Positions 1 to 8,926 are shown, numbered from the stretch's first letter. The stretch is DNA of 32,685 bases from an uncultured Gammaproteobacteria bacterium (GCA_964413295.1 CAYPRN010000003.1:1-32685); one strand, 5' to 3'. A program made the numbers and translations. The notes: generated from the sequence alone by a model not told the origin.

Positions 1-159
1 AATTAATTTATTAACATTCTTAATTAAAATAAAAAAAATTAAAGGTCGAACTCTTTATTATTACAAAAACAAAAATTTATATTTAATTTATTTTTAGGTT
101 GTTATACAAAATTAGTAATGCTTAGGCCTAATTATTAATTTAGTATACAAAAAAAACTT

Positions 160-801
160 ATGAAAAAATTTATTAAATCAAGTACAATACTACAAGTAGT
201 AGTAGCTACTTTTGTTACTATCCTTGCTACGGCCGGTATTGTAGCCGCAACCACAACTATCAGTACCAATATTTCTACTGCTGGAACATTAACCGTGGAT
301 ACCACTTCAACATTAACTGGCGCGGTAACTACTGGTGGCGCATTAACTACAGGCACCACACTAACAGTAGGCAGTGCCGCAACAGTAACTACTAATTTAA
401 CTGTGGATACTAATACTCTTTATGTAAACGCAACCTCTGATAGAGTTGGTATTGGTTCAACCACGCCATTTGCTACTCTTTCTGTTGATACTAATGCAGG
501 TGATAAGGCATTTATCATCGGTTCATCTACTGCTACTTATTTAGAACTTAACGAAATTGGAGACTTTATTGTAGATACTGATACATTATTTGTTGATAAT
601 TCTACAGATAGAGTTGGTATTTCTACCTCTACTCCATACGGTGATTTAGGTATTGGCAATGGAACAGCTAGTAGCACAATTTCAGCTGGCAGGCTTTGTA
701 TAGAAGCAGCGCAAGAAGATGGAACGGTCATTTACCTTTATTTAGGTGTTGGCCAAGCCAATGGCGCTCCATGGGCAACCTCTACTACAAGTTGCTTCTA
801 A
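160..801 (+). CDS. membrane-anchored Thr/Gly-rich repeat protein, function unknown
   Basis: 213-aa ORF with an N-terminal hydrophobic helix (VVVATFVTILATAGIVAATT). The motif TL(Y/F)V(N/D)xxxDRVGI(G/S)..TP(F/Y) occurs twice. Antisense ORFs 135..359 and 537..731 look like shadows of it. Confidence 0.5.
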   Translation: MKKFIKSSTILQVVVATFVTILATAGIVAATTTISTNISTAGTLTVDTTSTLTGAVTTGGALTTGTTLTVGSAATVTTNLTVDTNTLYVNATSDRVGIGSTTPFATLSVDTNAGDKAFIIGSSTATYLELNEIGDFIVDTDTLFVDNSTDRVGISTSTPYGDLGIGNGTASSTISAGRLCIEAAQEDGTVIYLYLGVGQANGAPWATSTTSCF

Positions 802-848
802 AAATAATGTAATAAGGTCAGTTTTAACCTAATTAAAAAAACAATATT

Positions 849-1997
849 ATGAAAAAAAAAATATACATTATAATATTGAGCTTATTACTTATTGCTCCAA
901 TTATTCCCGCGCAAGCTGTTAATGACGCTAGTTTTTCTGAAGATACTACTATTGCTCTTACAATAGACGGGACAAGTGAAAATTTTACTCTTTTATCAGG
1001 CGCTAAAGTAGATCAATTAGATGTACAAACTAGCTCAGTAGATTTCACTTTATCAGCAGGTGGTGTTTTTACCTTTAGATCAGCTGGCAGAAAAGGCATG
1101 GCTATTAGTCCAACAGTCTATGAAGGAACTTTTAATTGTGGGTCAAGCTATTCGGAATATATACTTACTGTCTTGCCAAGTAACTTTACTTCAGGCACAA
1201 AAATAACAATCACCCCAAGTGCAGCTACTTGTAGTGGCGGTTCAGCAGCAGCAGGAGCATCTACTCCAAGTGGAGGAGGAGGTAGTAGCAATAGTACAAC
1301 AAAGAAAACTACTACTACTGAAACCGCGACAACAGAAACAACCACAGCTAAAACAACCACTACAACAAAAACTGTAGGAGAGCCGGCTAAAGATTCAGTA
1401 GGAAATGTTACTTTACAACAAATGACTTCTGACGCTGAAGTAACAGCTTCCGGTGATGTTAATCAGGTTATTGCTAAAATGGGAATAGCTAGAGATACAG
1501 TCGCTGAAGCTAAGTACAATGAAACCTTACTTCCTAAAATATTGCCAACATCAGGCATAACTGCTGAAGTGCGCAATGTAGTTAATAATTTTGTTACCTA
1601 CGGCACACCGGCAACTAAAGTTTTAGGAGCTAGTGAAAGAGCAGGGGTAGTTAATAGTTTTCGAGCCGCCTTTGGTAAAGTTCCTAGTAATACAGCCGAG
1701 TGGAATGATGTAGTAAAAATCGCTAATGGACGTTGGCCGACCGAACGCAGCACAACCGCTGAAAACCGCGCTAAAGCAAGTTTTAGAGCTATTTATCTGC
1801 GCGCGCCAAACATGGACGCCCCAAATGATAATGCCGCAGTAACAGTCATGGCCTATGGCTTGCGCCCGGCAAACAGAAATCTTGATTCAGAACGAGCAGG
1901 TATTAAAATCTACACTGATATTTACGGACGCACTCCTGTGTCAGCGACTGCTTGGGACGCGGTCAGGGCGATAGCATATTCTGGAGCAACAAGATAA
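849..1997 (+). CDS. secreted protein with signal peptide and Thr-rich linker, function unknown
   Basis: 382-aa ORF. Signal-peptide-like N-terminus (MKKKIYIIILSLLLIAPIIPAQA), a Gly/Ser/Thr low-complexity linker (SGGGGSSNSTTKKTTTTETATTETTTAKTTTTTK), then a non-repetitive C-terminal domain. Confidence 0.55.
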   Translation: MKKKIYIIILSLLLIAPIIPAQAVNDASFSEDTTIALTIDGTSENFTLLSGAKVDQLDVQTSSVDFTLSAGGVFTFRSAGRKGMAISPTVYEGTFNCGSSYSEYILTVLPSNFTSGTKITITPSAATCSGGSAAAGASTPSGGGGSSNSTTKKTTTTETATTETTTAKTTTTTKTVGEPAKDSVGNVTLQQMTSDAEVTASGDVNQVIAKMGIARDTVAEAKYNETLLPKILPTSGITAEVRNVVNNFVTYGTPATKVLGASERAGVVNSFRAAFGKVPSNTAEWNDVVKIANGRWPTERSTTAENRAKASFRAIYLRAPNMDAPNDNAAVTVMAYGLRPANRNLDSERAGIKIYTDIYGRTPVSATAWDAVRAIAYSGATR

Positions 1998-2024
1998 TTT
2001 GACGACAATATAATCAAATAAAAA

Positions 2025-2052
2025 ACTGACGTTTAACAGCGTCAGTTTTTTA
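2025..2052 (+). terminator. intrinsic terminator after ORF 849..1997
   Basis: CTGACG-TTTAACA-GCGTCAG stem-loop followed by a T6 run. Confidence 0.6.
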
Positions 2053-2068
2053 TTTTTAATTATTTTTA

Positions 2069-2101
2069 CTTGCCCGACAAGCAATTTGCTTGTCGGGCAA
2101 G
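2069..2101. repeat. 33-nt palindrome, copy 1 (orphan copy between convergent genes)
   Basis: CTTGCCCGACAAGCAATTTGCTTGTCGGGCAAG. Same family as 29935..29967 and 30863..30895. The shared AAAAATAA tail lies on the low-coordinate side. Confidence 0.8.
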
Positions 2102-2113
2102 ATTAATTCTAAA

Positions 2114-2584
2114 TTATTTCAAAATCTCTTTTAAAACCTTCCCTACTATATTACCGTCAGCTTTTCCTTTTAACTGCCCCATGGTCATGCCCATTGCTTT
2201 GCCAAAATCGGCTTGAGTAAAACTATTATCAGATACAACTTTTTGCACCACCTCTTTGACCTGTTCTTCTGACATTTGTTTAGGAAGATAAGATTCTATA
2301 ATTTCTAATTCTTCTTTTTCTATTTGCGCTAATTCTTCCCTATTACCCTGTTCAAAGGCCTCAATCGCCTCTCTGCGCTTCTTAGCCATGCTTTTTAATA
2401 TATCTATTAATTTATTATTATCAATTTCATTTTGGCCCTTGTCCGCCGTAGCTTTAGCGAAGGAGGATGATTTCTCAAATACTAAAATTTCTGCTTTAAT
2501 TAAAGATAAAGTACGCTTTTTTATTTTATCTCTTTCTTTAAAAGCCACGGTAAAATCATCTAATATTTGCTGTTTAGTAGCCAT
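2114..2584 (-). CDS. yqeY: GatB/YqeY domain protein
   Basis: 156 aa. Typical YqeY layout: an N-terminal (A/S)xKxxD..(R/K)...L(R/S).(I/L)K block, then the EELEIIESYLPKQMSEEQV and LKGKADGNIVGKVLKEIL motifs. Confidence 0.85.
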   Translation of the reverse strand: MATKQQILDDFTVAFKERDKIKKRTLSLIKAEILVFEKSSSFAKATADKGQNEIDNNKLIDILKSMAKKRREAIEAFEQGNREELAQIEKEELEIIESYLPKQMSEEQVKEVVQKVVSDNSFTQADFGKAMGMTMGQLKGKADGNIVGKVLKEILK

Positions 2585-2652
2585 ATGTTTACAAATTATT
2601 TAATTTAGTCTATACTATATAAGAATTTATATATTAGTTAAGAATTAAACTT

Positions 2653-2889
2653 ATGTCTAAAGTATGCCAAATAACTGGAAAAAAAGCAAAGACCGGTAAT
2701 TCCCGCAGTCACTCTAATATTGCTTCCAAAAGAAAATTTCATATTAACTTGCAAACTAAACGCCTATTAGACCCAACCACTGGCAAAATGATAAAAGTAA
2801 CTCTTTCTGCAAAAGCCTTACGCACACTGAAAAAATGGGATAAAGAAGGAAAGAAATATGATTTAGCAAAGTTAATTGCGGAGAAATAA
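2653..2889 (+). CDS. rpmB: 50S ribosomal protein L28
   Basis: 78 aa. MSKVCQITGKKAKTGNSRSHSNIASKRKFHINLQ is the canonical L28 N-terminus. Confidence 0.9.
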   Translation: MSKVCQITGKKAKTGNSRSHSNIASKRKFHINLQTKRLLDPTTGKMIKVTLSAKALRTLKKWDKEGKKYDLAKLIAEK

Positions 2890-2922
2890 TCATCAGATAA
2901 AATCAAATCGAGGAGAAAGAAA

Positions 2923-3333
2923 ATGAAAACAAAAGTATTGTTCTTTACAGTAGACCGTTATATTGATTGTCATTACGGTAGTAGTAATTACTTTGGTTAT
3001 GGAATATATATAGAAAATTCAAATTTTTTAATTTTTTTTAATAAAACTAATGGAAAAATTAGTATTAATACTAATACTGAGTTAATTAATGCTACAAAGA
3101 AACTATTTAGTAAGCCTGAAATTATTCGTAAAACTCCTGAAATTGAAGAAAAAGTAACGACAAAAACTGTTGGTATTCAAGAGCTAGAAGAAAGTGATCC
3201 TCTATTTAGCCTAATTCAAGAATTAAAAGAATTAATTGAAAAAGAAAAAAGTATTGAAGAAAAATTAATAAACTATTTCCCAAAAGATGAAAAGAAGATT
3301 GAAGTCCCAAAAGACGAAGAGAGAGAGGGTTGA
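2923..3333 (+). CDS. hypothetical protein with Glu/Lys-rich C-terminus
   Basis: 136-aa ORF preceded by a strong SD (GAGGAGAAAGAAAATG), unlike most housekeeping genes here. I recognise no family. Confidence 0.4.
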   Translation: MKTKVLFFTVDRYIDCHYGSSNYFGYGIYIENSNFLIFFNKTNGKISINTNTELINATKKLFSKPEIIRKTPEIEEKVTTKTVGIQELEESDPLFSLIQELKELIEKEKSIEEKLINYFPKDEKKIEVPKDEEREG

Positions 3334-3343
3334 ATAATGAATC

Positions 3344-3380
3344 AAAAAAGTCGACTCACAACGAGTCGACTTTTTCTTTT
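3344..3380. terminator. bidirectional intrinsic terminator
   Basis: A6-GTCGACTC-ACAAC-GAGTCGAC-T5CT4. It can end both ORF 2923..3333 (+) and the rpmG/tRNA-Trp transcript (-). Confidence 0.6.
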
Positions 3381-3381
3381 G

Positions 3382-3452
3382 CACGGGATGAGGGAATCGA
3401 ACCCCCGCTAGAGGTTTTGGAAACCCCTGTACTACCATTATACGAATCCCGC
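3382..3452 (-). tRNA. trnW: tRNA-Trp (anticodon CCA)
   Basis: The reverse complement reads GCGGGAT TC GTATAATGGTAGTAC A GGGGT TTCCAAA ACCTC .. GGGGGTTCGATTCCCTC ATCCCGT G. It forms a cloverleaf with a 7-nt anticodon loop UUCCAAA and a GGTTCGATTCC T-arm. CCA is not encoded. The track ORF 3265..3474 overlapping it is spurious. Confidence 0.85.
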
Positions 3453-3492
3453 TATATAACAAAATATAGCACATTAGCGCTATACTCTGAAT

Positions 3493-3648
3493 CTACTTAG
3501 TTTCCTTATGCGAAACGTGCTTTTTGCAGAATTTACAGAATTTTTTAATTTCTAAGCGTTCTTTTAGAGTTTTTTTATTCTTATGAGAATTATAGTTAAT
3601 ACGTTTGCATTCTGTACATTCTAATTTAATCATGTTATCTTGAGACAT
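3493..3648 (-). CDS. rpmG: 50S ribosomal protein L33 (below the ORF-track size cut-off)
   Basis: Hand translation gives [51 protein letters not shown] (51 aa). It has the CxxC...CxxC zinc ribbon and the L33 signature. Confidence 0.85.
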   Translation of the reverse strand: MSQDNMIKLECTECKRINYNSHKNKKTLKERLEIKKFCKFCKKHVSHKETK

Positions 3649-3680
3649 AGAATTATGGTTTTAATAATTAATACTTGGTT

Positions 3681-3709
3681 AATTTACTATAACTAGTAGA
3701 AAAAGTCAA
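3681..3709 (-). promoter_or_regulatory. sigma70-like promoter for rpmG/tRNA-Trp
   Basis: Minus strand reads TTGACT-17 nt-TAAATT, about 30 nt upstream of the rpmG ATG. Confidence 0.45.
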
Positions 3710-3733
3710 ATATTCTTTTAATAAATGAAATTG

Positions 3734-3892
3734 GTTGTGTAGAAAATAGAAATTAGTAATGGAAATTGGAAAATAGAAAGAGAATAGTTGCGCTAATTTC
3801 CAATTTCTATTTTCCCTGCCTGCCGGCCCGCTTCGCCAGAGCTATAGCGAGGCGAGCAGGCAGGTATTACGAATTTCTAATTTCTAAGCAAC
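3734..3892. repeat. long AT-rich palindromic element (GAAATTGGAAAATAGAAAG family), filled copy
   Basis: The arms are about 90% identical to the element at 24674..24783. This copy carries a nested GC-rich insertion. Confidence 0.65.
3815..3864. repeat. GC-rich ~50-nt palindromic mini-element nested in the AT-rich palindrome
   Basis: CCTGCCTGCCGGCCCGCTTCGCCAGAGCTATAGCGAGGCGAGCAGGCAGG. It is absent from the otherwise collinear copy at 24674..24783. A related copy lies inside recO (22726..22778). Confidence 0.7.
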
Positions 3893-3897
3893 TATTT

Positions 3898-5058
3898 TTA
3901 CTTCGTATCTTTAATAGACAACGCTGGTCTTAGGCCGATTAAAATCACTACAGCAACTACTAAAAAAATATATTGCAAAGGCAGGAACTTCAGCAAAATT
4001 GTCGCTGATAATGTTCCAAAAAGCCAAGCAACCGGCCGGATATCGCGGAACAAATCAATTAGGTCCATATCTTTTTTATTAACTATTTTGAAAAAATGAA
4101 CATCCTGCATGGCTTCCACTAAAGAAGCTCCTACTCTAGTTATAAACAAAATGGATGTCCAAACTAAAAAACTAGTTGATTGAATAAAAAATATTGATCC
4201 AGTAGAAATCATCATAATAATCAATCCTATAACCATTATTTCTTTTTCTCCTAAATAGCGATCAGCTAAATTTCCGGCTGGCAGTTGAAAAATTACAAAC
4301 GGTAAAAGCATAATAGTAAACATTACGCCTAACTGTGACCATTCAAAACCAATGTATTCATGCAAATAAAGAGGTGTATATAACACCATAATACAATAAA
4401 AAAATCGTAGCACAAAAGATACTTTAAAGATTTTAGCTAAATTTTTATTATGTTTAAAAACTTTTAACAACTGATGCAATGGCCTATTTTTATAACAAGT
4501 GTTATCTTTCAAATTTTTTCTTTCCATCAATAAAATGAAAACTGTTGGCAACAACACTATTCCCGAAACAAAGTATATTAACCAATAAGAGTTAGTGCCA
4601 ATAATATAACCCATAGTGATTGGCGCGATTACCCATGCAGTATTCATAATAGTCAAAAAAGTCGTCCTAATTCTTCCGGTATGCGCGGTATCTGATATAT
4701 TTTCTAAAAAAACATCTATATTAATCGCTATTAAATTCCAACTCAAAAAGTGCAAAATAAAAAATAATAATACAATCCATTTATTTAATGCGTATCCCAA
4801 AGCAAAAGCGCTGATAATTAAAGTGAATAGCAAAAAAATAGTTACTAAATAATTGCTGTGTCTTTTAATAAATCGGGGAAAAAAGAAAATAGCCACTAAA
4901 GTAATAAAAGTAGCTAAGGCAATATAGATACTTATTATGCTAATATCCATAAACTGCCCCAAAAAAGAAGACTGGATATAACTAGGTAAAGCTCCGGCAA
5001 AAGCCCAGAGAAAACCAAAAGCATAAATTAGTAAAAAAGTTAATCTATTTCTGATCAT
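3898..5058 (-). CDS. MFS-type transporter
   Basis: About 12 predicted hydrophobic helices in the 6+6 organisation typical of MFS. I moved the start to MIRNRLTF (5058) because the upstream 10 codons are encoded by the hairpin repeat. Confidence 0.7.
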   Translation of the reverse strand: MIRNRLTFLLIYAFGFLWAFAGALPSYIQSSFLGQFMDISIISIYIALATFITLVAIFFFPRFIKRHSNYLVTIFLLFTLIISAFALGYALNKWIVLLFFILHFLSWNLIAINIDVFLENISDTAHTGRIRTTFLTIMNTAWVIAPITMGYIIGTNSYWLIYFVSGIVLLPTVFILLMERKNLKDNTCYKNRPLHQLLKVFKHNKNLAKIFKVSFVLRFFYCIMVLYTPLYLHEYIGFEWSQLGVMFTIMLLPFVIFQLPAGNLADRYLGEKEIMVIGLIIMMISTGSIFFIQSTSFLVWTSILFITRVGASLVEAMQDVHFFKIVNKKDMDLIDLFRDIRPVAWLFGTLSATILLKFLPLQYIFLVVAVVILIGLRPALSIKDTK

Positions 5059-5067
5059 AATGTTATT

Positions 5068-5146
5068 CCCCACAAATCTACAAATCAACTACAAATAATA
5101 CAAATAGCTATTCGTGATATTTGTAGCTGATTTGTAGATTCGTGGG
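5068..5146. repeat. intercistronic word-hairpin (CAAATCTA family)
   Basis: CCCACAAATCTACAAATCAACTACAAATA ... TATTTGTAGCTGATTTGTAGATTCGTGGG. Near-perfect inverted repeat about 10 nt upstream of the MFS start. Confidence 0.65.
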
Positions 5147-5291
5147 ATAATTAAATTTGTTTATATGCTATTACTTTTATAACAATGTTTGAATAAACTT
5201 TAACAGCAACCAACATGAATTCTTTATTTTAAATTGACTGAAGGTTATAATTATTATTATACTATAAAATTACTACAAACTAAAGATTTTT

Positions 5292-6047
5292 ATGTCAATT
5301 CTATTTTATATTTTTATCAGCGTCTTTATTGTTTCTTTAATATCATTTGTCGGCGCGATTTGTTTAGCATTAAATATAGAAAAACTTAAAAAAATAATTT
5401 TCTTTTTTGTGAGTTTTTCCGCCGGTTCACTTTTGGGTGGAGCATTTTTACATTTATTGCCAGAAATAGTAAAGGAAAATGATGGATTATCTCTAAAAAT
5501 ATCACTGTTAATTATTATTGGCATTTTAATATTTTTCATTTTAGAAAAATTTATCTGTTGGCGTCATTGCCATGTTCCAACCTCTGAAGACCACCCTCAT
5601 CACTTGGCGATTATGAATTTAGTCGGCGATGGCTTTCATAATACTATTGATGGCATGATAATAGCCGCTAGCTATTTTATCAGTATAGAAATTGGCGTTG
5701 CAACTACTATTGCCGTAGCTTTACATGAAATTCCGCAAGAAATCGGGGATTTTAGCGTACTTATCCACGCTGGGCTTTCACGCGTTAAGGCTTTATTATT
5801 TAATTTTTTATCTGCTTTAATGGCAGTAGTGGGCGCAATTATGGCAATTGTGTTTTATAATTATATTGAAAATTTTATTCAAATTATTATCCCACTTACT
5901 ATTGGCGGATTTATTTATATTGCGACTGCTGATTTGATTCCAGAATTAAAAAAAGAAAGTTCATTTTTATCTTCTTTAAAACAGTTGGTGGGATTAATTT
6001 TAGGTATTGGAGTGATGTTAGGGTTGTTGTTGATGGAAATTCACTAA
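5292..6047 (+). CDS. ZIP family metal (Zn/Fe) transporter
   Basis: 251 aa, multi-pass. His-rich loop (HCHVPTSEDHPHH) and the ZIP signature HEIPQEIGDF. Confidence 0.85.
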   Translation: MSILFYIFISVFIVSLISFVGAICLALNIEKLKKIIFFFVSFSAGSLLGGAFLHLLPEIVKENDGLSLKISLLIIIGILIFFILEKFICWRHCHVPTSEDHPHHLAIMNLVGDGFHNTIDGMIIAASYFISIEIGVATTIAVALHEIPQEIGDFSVLIHAGLSRVKALLFNFLSALMAVVGAIMAIVFYNYIENFIQIIIPLTIGGFIYIATADLIPELKKESSFLSSLKQLVGLILGIGVMLGLLLMEIH

Positions 6048-6080
6048 TGTTCACAAATTTAAAACAAATTAACACAAAAT

Positions 6081-6111
6081 AAAAAACTCGACTTTTTTAG
6101 CCGAGTTTTTT
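6081..6111. terminator. bidirectional terminator between convergent genes
   Basis: AAAAAACTCG-ACTTTTTTAGC-CGAGTTTTTT. Confidence 0.55.
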
Positions 6112-6128
6112 ATTTTATTTTATTTTAA

Positions 6129-7682
6129 TTATTCATCTATATCTTCTTTATTAATAGATACACTAGCATCACTGGAACTTACTGGTTCTTCCAATGGCAT
6201 TGGAACTGGTTCAGGTAAAATTCTAACATCATTATTTTGTTTATCAGCTTCATCTAATAATTCTTTAACAATCGGAATGACAATATTTTCTTGCCAGAAA
6301 TAAGTTCCCTCTGGTTTTTCTAAGATTGGGAAAATAAAGGCTGGCACTAATAATTCTATATTTTCACGCTTATCTTCATTAAATTGCCAGATTTTTACAT
6401 ATGACAGAGTTGGTGTACCAATTTTTAATTCTTTTGTTTTAGTTGACGCAAAATATCTATTACTATAACGCCCGCCTTGTTCAGCAAATTTTAAAATTCT
6501 AGCTACATCAGTTTCTGTTTCATAATTAGAACTTTCATAATTTTGAGTCATGTAATTCATATTAGTAACTCTTTTTAAACGGACATCAACACTAATATTC
6601 ATCCCGGCTACTTGTCCGCCTTCTTCATAAACCTTTTTATCGCTAATAATTAAAGGATAAACCACGCTAACTATATCTGGAACATACATTTCCACACCAG
6701 GACGAGCGTTAAGCAACCAATCCTTACGCACTTTCGGATCGCCATAATTGCTCATATCAATATTTTTTTCTTTAAGGAAATTATCTGCTATTTTAAGAAG
6801 TTCATTATCAGCTGGAATATCAGATTCTTTTAAGCGTTGAGCTTCATAGCATTTTTGATCTTGACAGACAGGACGATGGTTTTGCCAATAAATGTAATTT
6901 TCATTAATTGATATCATACCTTCTAACGGATTAATATGCACTGAATAGCCAAAATCCTTATCTTCAGCTAAGCTAATACTTTGTAATGTTAAATTAGAAA
7001 ATTTATTTAAATTAACATCACCAAAATCAAAACTTTTTAAACCTTGTGCTAAAGTAGTGCCAACATTTTGATCTTTTATTCTTTTTAACACTGCCATTTT
7101 TTCTTCATCAATGGATAACTCATCGCCTTCATAAATAAATTTGTAATTAAAGCTATATGGATTTGGCATCATCATCTTTCCATCAGCAACTGCAGATTCA
7201 GACATCGCCATACCACCTCCGCCTCCGCCAGATTGTAATCTTGGCGTTCCACCTCCGCCACCAACACCCACAGCCTCAGGCTGTCCAAGTTGACTATCAT
7301 TAGCATTGATTAAACTGCCAAAAGCCATATCTCCGACTTTTGTAATATTGGGTACGAAAGCTATTTTATGATTATTAACACCAATATTTTGCCAAACTGC
7401 AACTGCTAAAATTATAACTGCAATTCCAACTCCGGCATAAGCAAATTTTTTCATAGTAAACATACTTTTAAAATCATAAGTAAAATTATTTTGCGTATTT
7501 TGCGAACTTTTATTATGTAATAATTCTGTCCGCAATTTTCTCGCAAATTTTTTATCAAACTTAGTATCTGGCCGTGATACTAAAAGTTGATTGATTATTT
7601 TAATTAGTTCTGATTCATGTTCGCGAAAACTTTCATCAATAGCGTATAAATCTTGTAAAATTTGTTTAATTTGTTTATTCAT
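6129..7682 (-). CDS. single-pass membrane protein, putative anti-sigma factor partner
   Basis: 517 aa, immediately downstream of the ECF sigma gene on the same strand. Cytoplasmic helical N-terminus, one TM helix (FAYAGVGIAVIILAVAVW), Gly runs, then a large extracytoplasmic domain. The functional call rests on context only. Confidence 0.4.
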   Translation of the reverse strand: MNKQIKQILQDLYAIDESFREHESELIKIINQLLVSRPDTKFDKKFARKLRTELLHNKSSQNTQNNFTYDFKSMFTMKKFAYAGVGIAVIILAVAVWQNIGVNNHKIAFVPNITKVGDMAFGSLINANDSQLGQPEAVGVGGGGGTPRLQSGGGGGGMAMSESAVADGKMMMPNPYSFNYKFIYEGDELSIDEEKMAVLKRIKDQNVGTTLAQGLKSFDFGDVNLNKFSNLTLQSISLAEDKDFGYSVHINPLEGMISINENYIYWQNHRPVCQDQKCYEAQRLKESDIPADNELLKIADNFLKEKNIDMSNYGDPKVRKDWLLNARPGVEMYVPDIVSVVYPLIISDKKVYEEGGQVAGMNISVDVRLKRVTNMNYMTQNYESSNYETETDVARILKFAEQGGRYSNRYFASTKTKELKIGTPTLSYVKIWQFNEDKRENIELLVPAFIFPILEKPEGTYFWQENIVIPIVKELLDEADKQNNDVRILPEPVPMPLEEPVSSSDASVSINKEDIDE

Positions 7683-7800
7683 ATTCTTATTCCTACCAAT
7701 TACTAATCTTTACTAATATACCAATAATACTTTGTAAGGCAATTTTTAATATTAATATTTTATTATATACCTAGATGGGTATTAGTATATTGGTAAGGGG

Positions 7801-8358
7801 TTAGACTCTTGTTAATAAAAACAAAATAAGCATAGTAAGTGACATTTCAGTACGTAGCTGTTTCATCGTCCGGCTAAAAACCATTTTACAACTAGTTTCG
7901 CTTTTCCCTACTGCCTCGGCAATTTCCGCATAACTCATATCCTGCCAAACGCGCATGATAATAATATCGCGCTGTTCACTGGTTAATTTCTGCAAATATT
8001 TTTTAACTTCACTCAACTTATTTTTAACATCTAAATCTTGCTCTATATCGCTATCATCTGATAAATCCCAAGCATCATCTATATTAGCATCACTCTTTTT
8101 AGTACGATAATAATCAATTACAGTATTGCGAGCAATACGGTAAAGCCAAGAGGAAAAAGTTCCCTTATTATCAAATTGAGCAATTTTTTCCAGCACTTTA
8201 GTGAATACTAAACTCACGAGATCTTCAGCCGTCTCTTTATGATGAGTCTTAAAATAGACAAAATCGTAAATTTTCTTTATATATCTATCATAGAGCTTGC
8301 CAAATTGCTCCATATCTCCCTGCTGGCAGGCTATTACGATATCTTTTTCATTATACAT
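7801..8358 (-). CDS. ECF-type RNA polymerase sigma factor (sigma-70 family)
   Basis: Region 2 (DLVSLVFTKVLEKIAQFD...FSSWLYRIARNTVIDYYR) and region 4 HTH (MSYAEIAEAVGKSETSCKMVFSRTMKQL). Confidence 0.85.
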   Translation of the reverse strand: MYNEKDIVIACQQGDMEQFGKLYDRYIKKIYDFVYFKTHHKETAEDLVSLVFTKVLEKIAQFDNKGTFSSWLYRIARNTVIDYYRTKKSDANIDDAWDLSDDSDIEQDLDVKNKLSEVKKYLQKLTSEQRDIIIMRVWQDMSYAEIAEAVGKSETSCKMVFSRTMKQLRTEMSLTMLILFLLTRV

Positions 8359-8450
8359 GTATATATTATAACCTATTCACTATGTATAACGAAATAAAAG
8401 AAAAAAGGTAACAAAAAACTCGCTAGATAAGCGAGAATTTTATTTTTATG

Positions 8451-8783
8451 CTATTTGGTAAACTTCTCCAATAAAATAGCGACTACACCGAACTTTTTCT
8501 CATCGGCGGGGGTATAAAAAGAGTGATAAACAGCAACTGCGTCGTTAATTGATGTTTTGTCGGGAATAACATTTTCTACGCCTTCATTTTGCAACATTTC
8601 AGCAAATGTTTTATATATCTTCGTACCGACAACTTTAAATGACACACCCTGTGGCGCGAGTAATAATATATCCCATATTTTGATTTGTGCAAATTTACCC
8701 TTATTCAATCTGCCTTCAACTGTTTTTTCTCCAGAAAGCAACAAAGAATGATATGGTTCTTGCACATTAAAATTAATTTGCAT
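8451..8783 (-). CDS. ASCH domain protein
   Basis: Begins INFNVQEPYHSLLLSGEKTVEGRL, a typical ASCH/PUA-like N-terminus. Start set at MQINF (8783). Confidence 0.65.
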   Translation of the reverse strand: MQINFNVQEPYHSLLLSGEKTVEGRLNKGKFAQIKIWDILLLAPQGVSFKVVGTKIYKTFAEMLQNEGVENVIPDKTSINDAVAVYHSFYTPADEKKFGVVAILLEKFTK

Positions 8784-8832
8784 ATATTTATATAATAACA
8801 AAAAACTCGCCTTTAAGCGATTTTATCCTATT

Positions 8833-8917
8833 TGGTGGGTCGGGTAGGATTCGAACCTACGAAGGCGTAGCCAGCAGATTTACAGTCTGCTCTCGTTGAC
8901 CGCTTGAGTACCGACCC
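8833..8917 (-). tRNA. trnY: tRNA-Tyr (anticodon GTA), long variable arm, CCA encoded
   Basis: The reverse complement reads GGGTCGGTACTCAAGCGGTCAACGAGAGCAGACTGTAAATCTGCTGGCTACGCCTTCGTAGGTTCGAATCCTACCCGACCCACCA. Confidence 0.9.
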
Positions 8918-8926
8918 TAATTTAAT

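Noticed and set aside
135-359. Antisense ORFs inside longer genes (135..359, 537..731, 1148..1360, 2388..2603, 4616..4852, 5306..5539, 8557..8751, 10590..10772, 11816..12007, 13034..13222, 17043..17258, 24240..24440, 25916..26149, 26150..26389, 26567..26776, 27108..27419, 27504..27734, 30319..30648).
   Set aside because: Each lies wholly within, and opposite to, a longer ORF with recognisable family motifs or better context. They have low-complexity or odd composition and no start context, so they are shadow ORFs.
3265-3474. 69-aa minus-strand ORF.
   Set aside because: It runs straight through tRNA-Trp (3382..3452) and the terminator hairpin, so it is an artefact.
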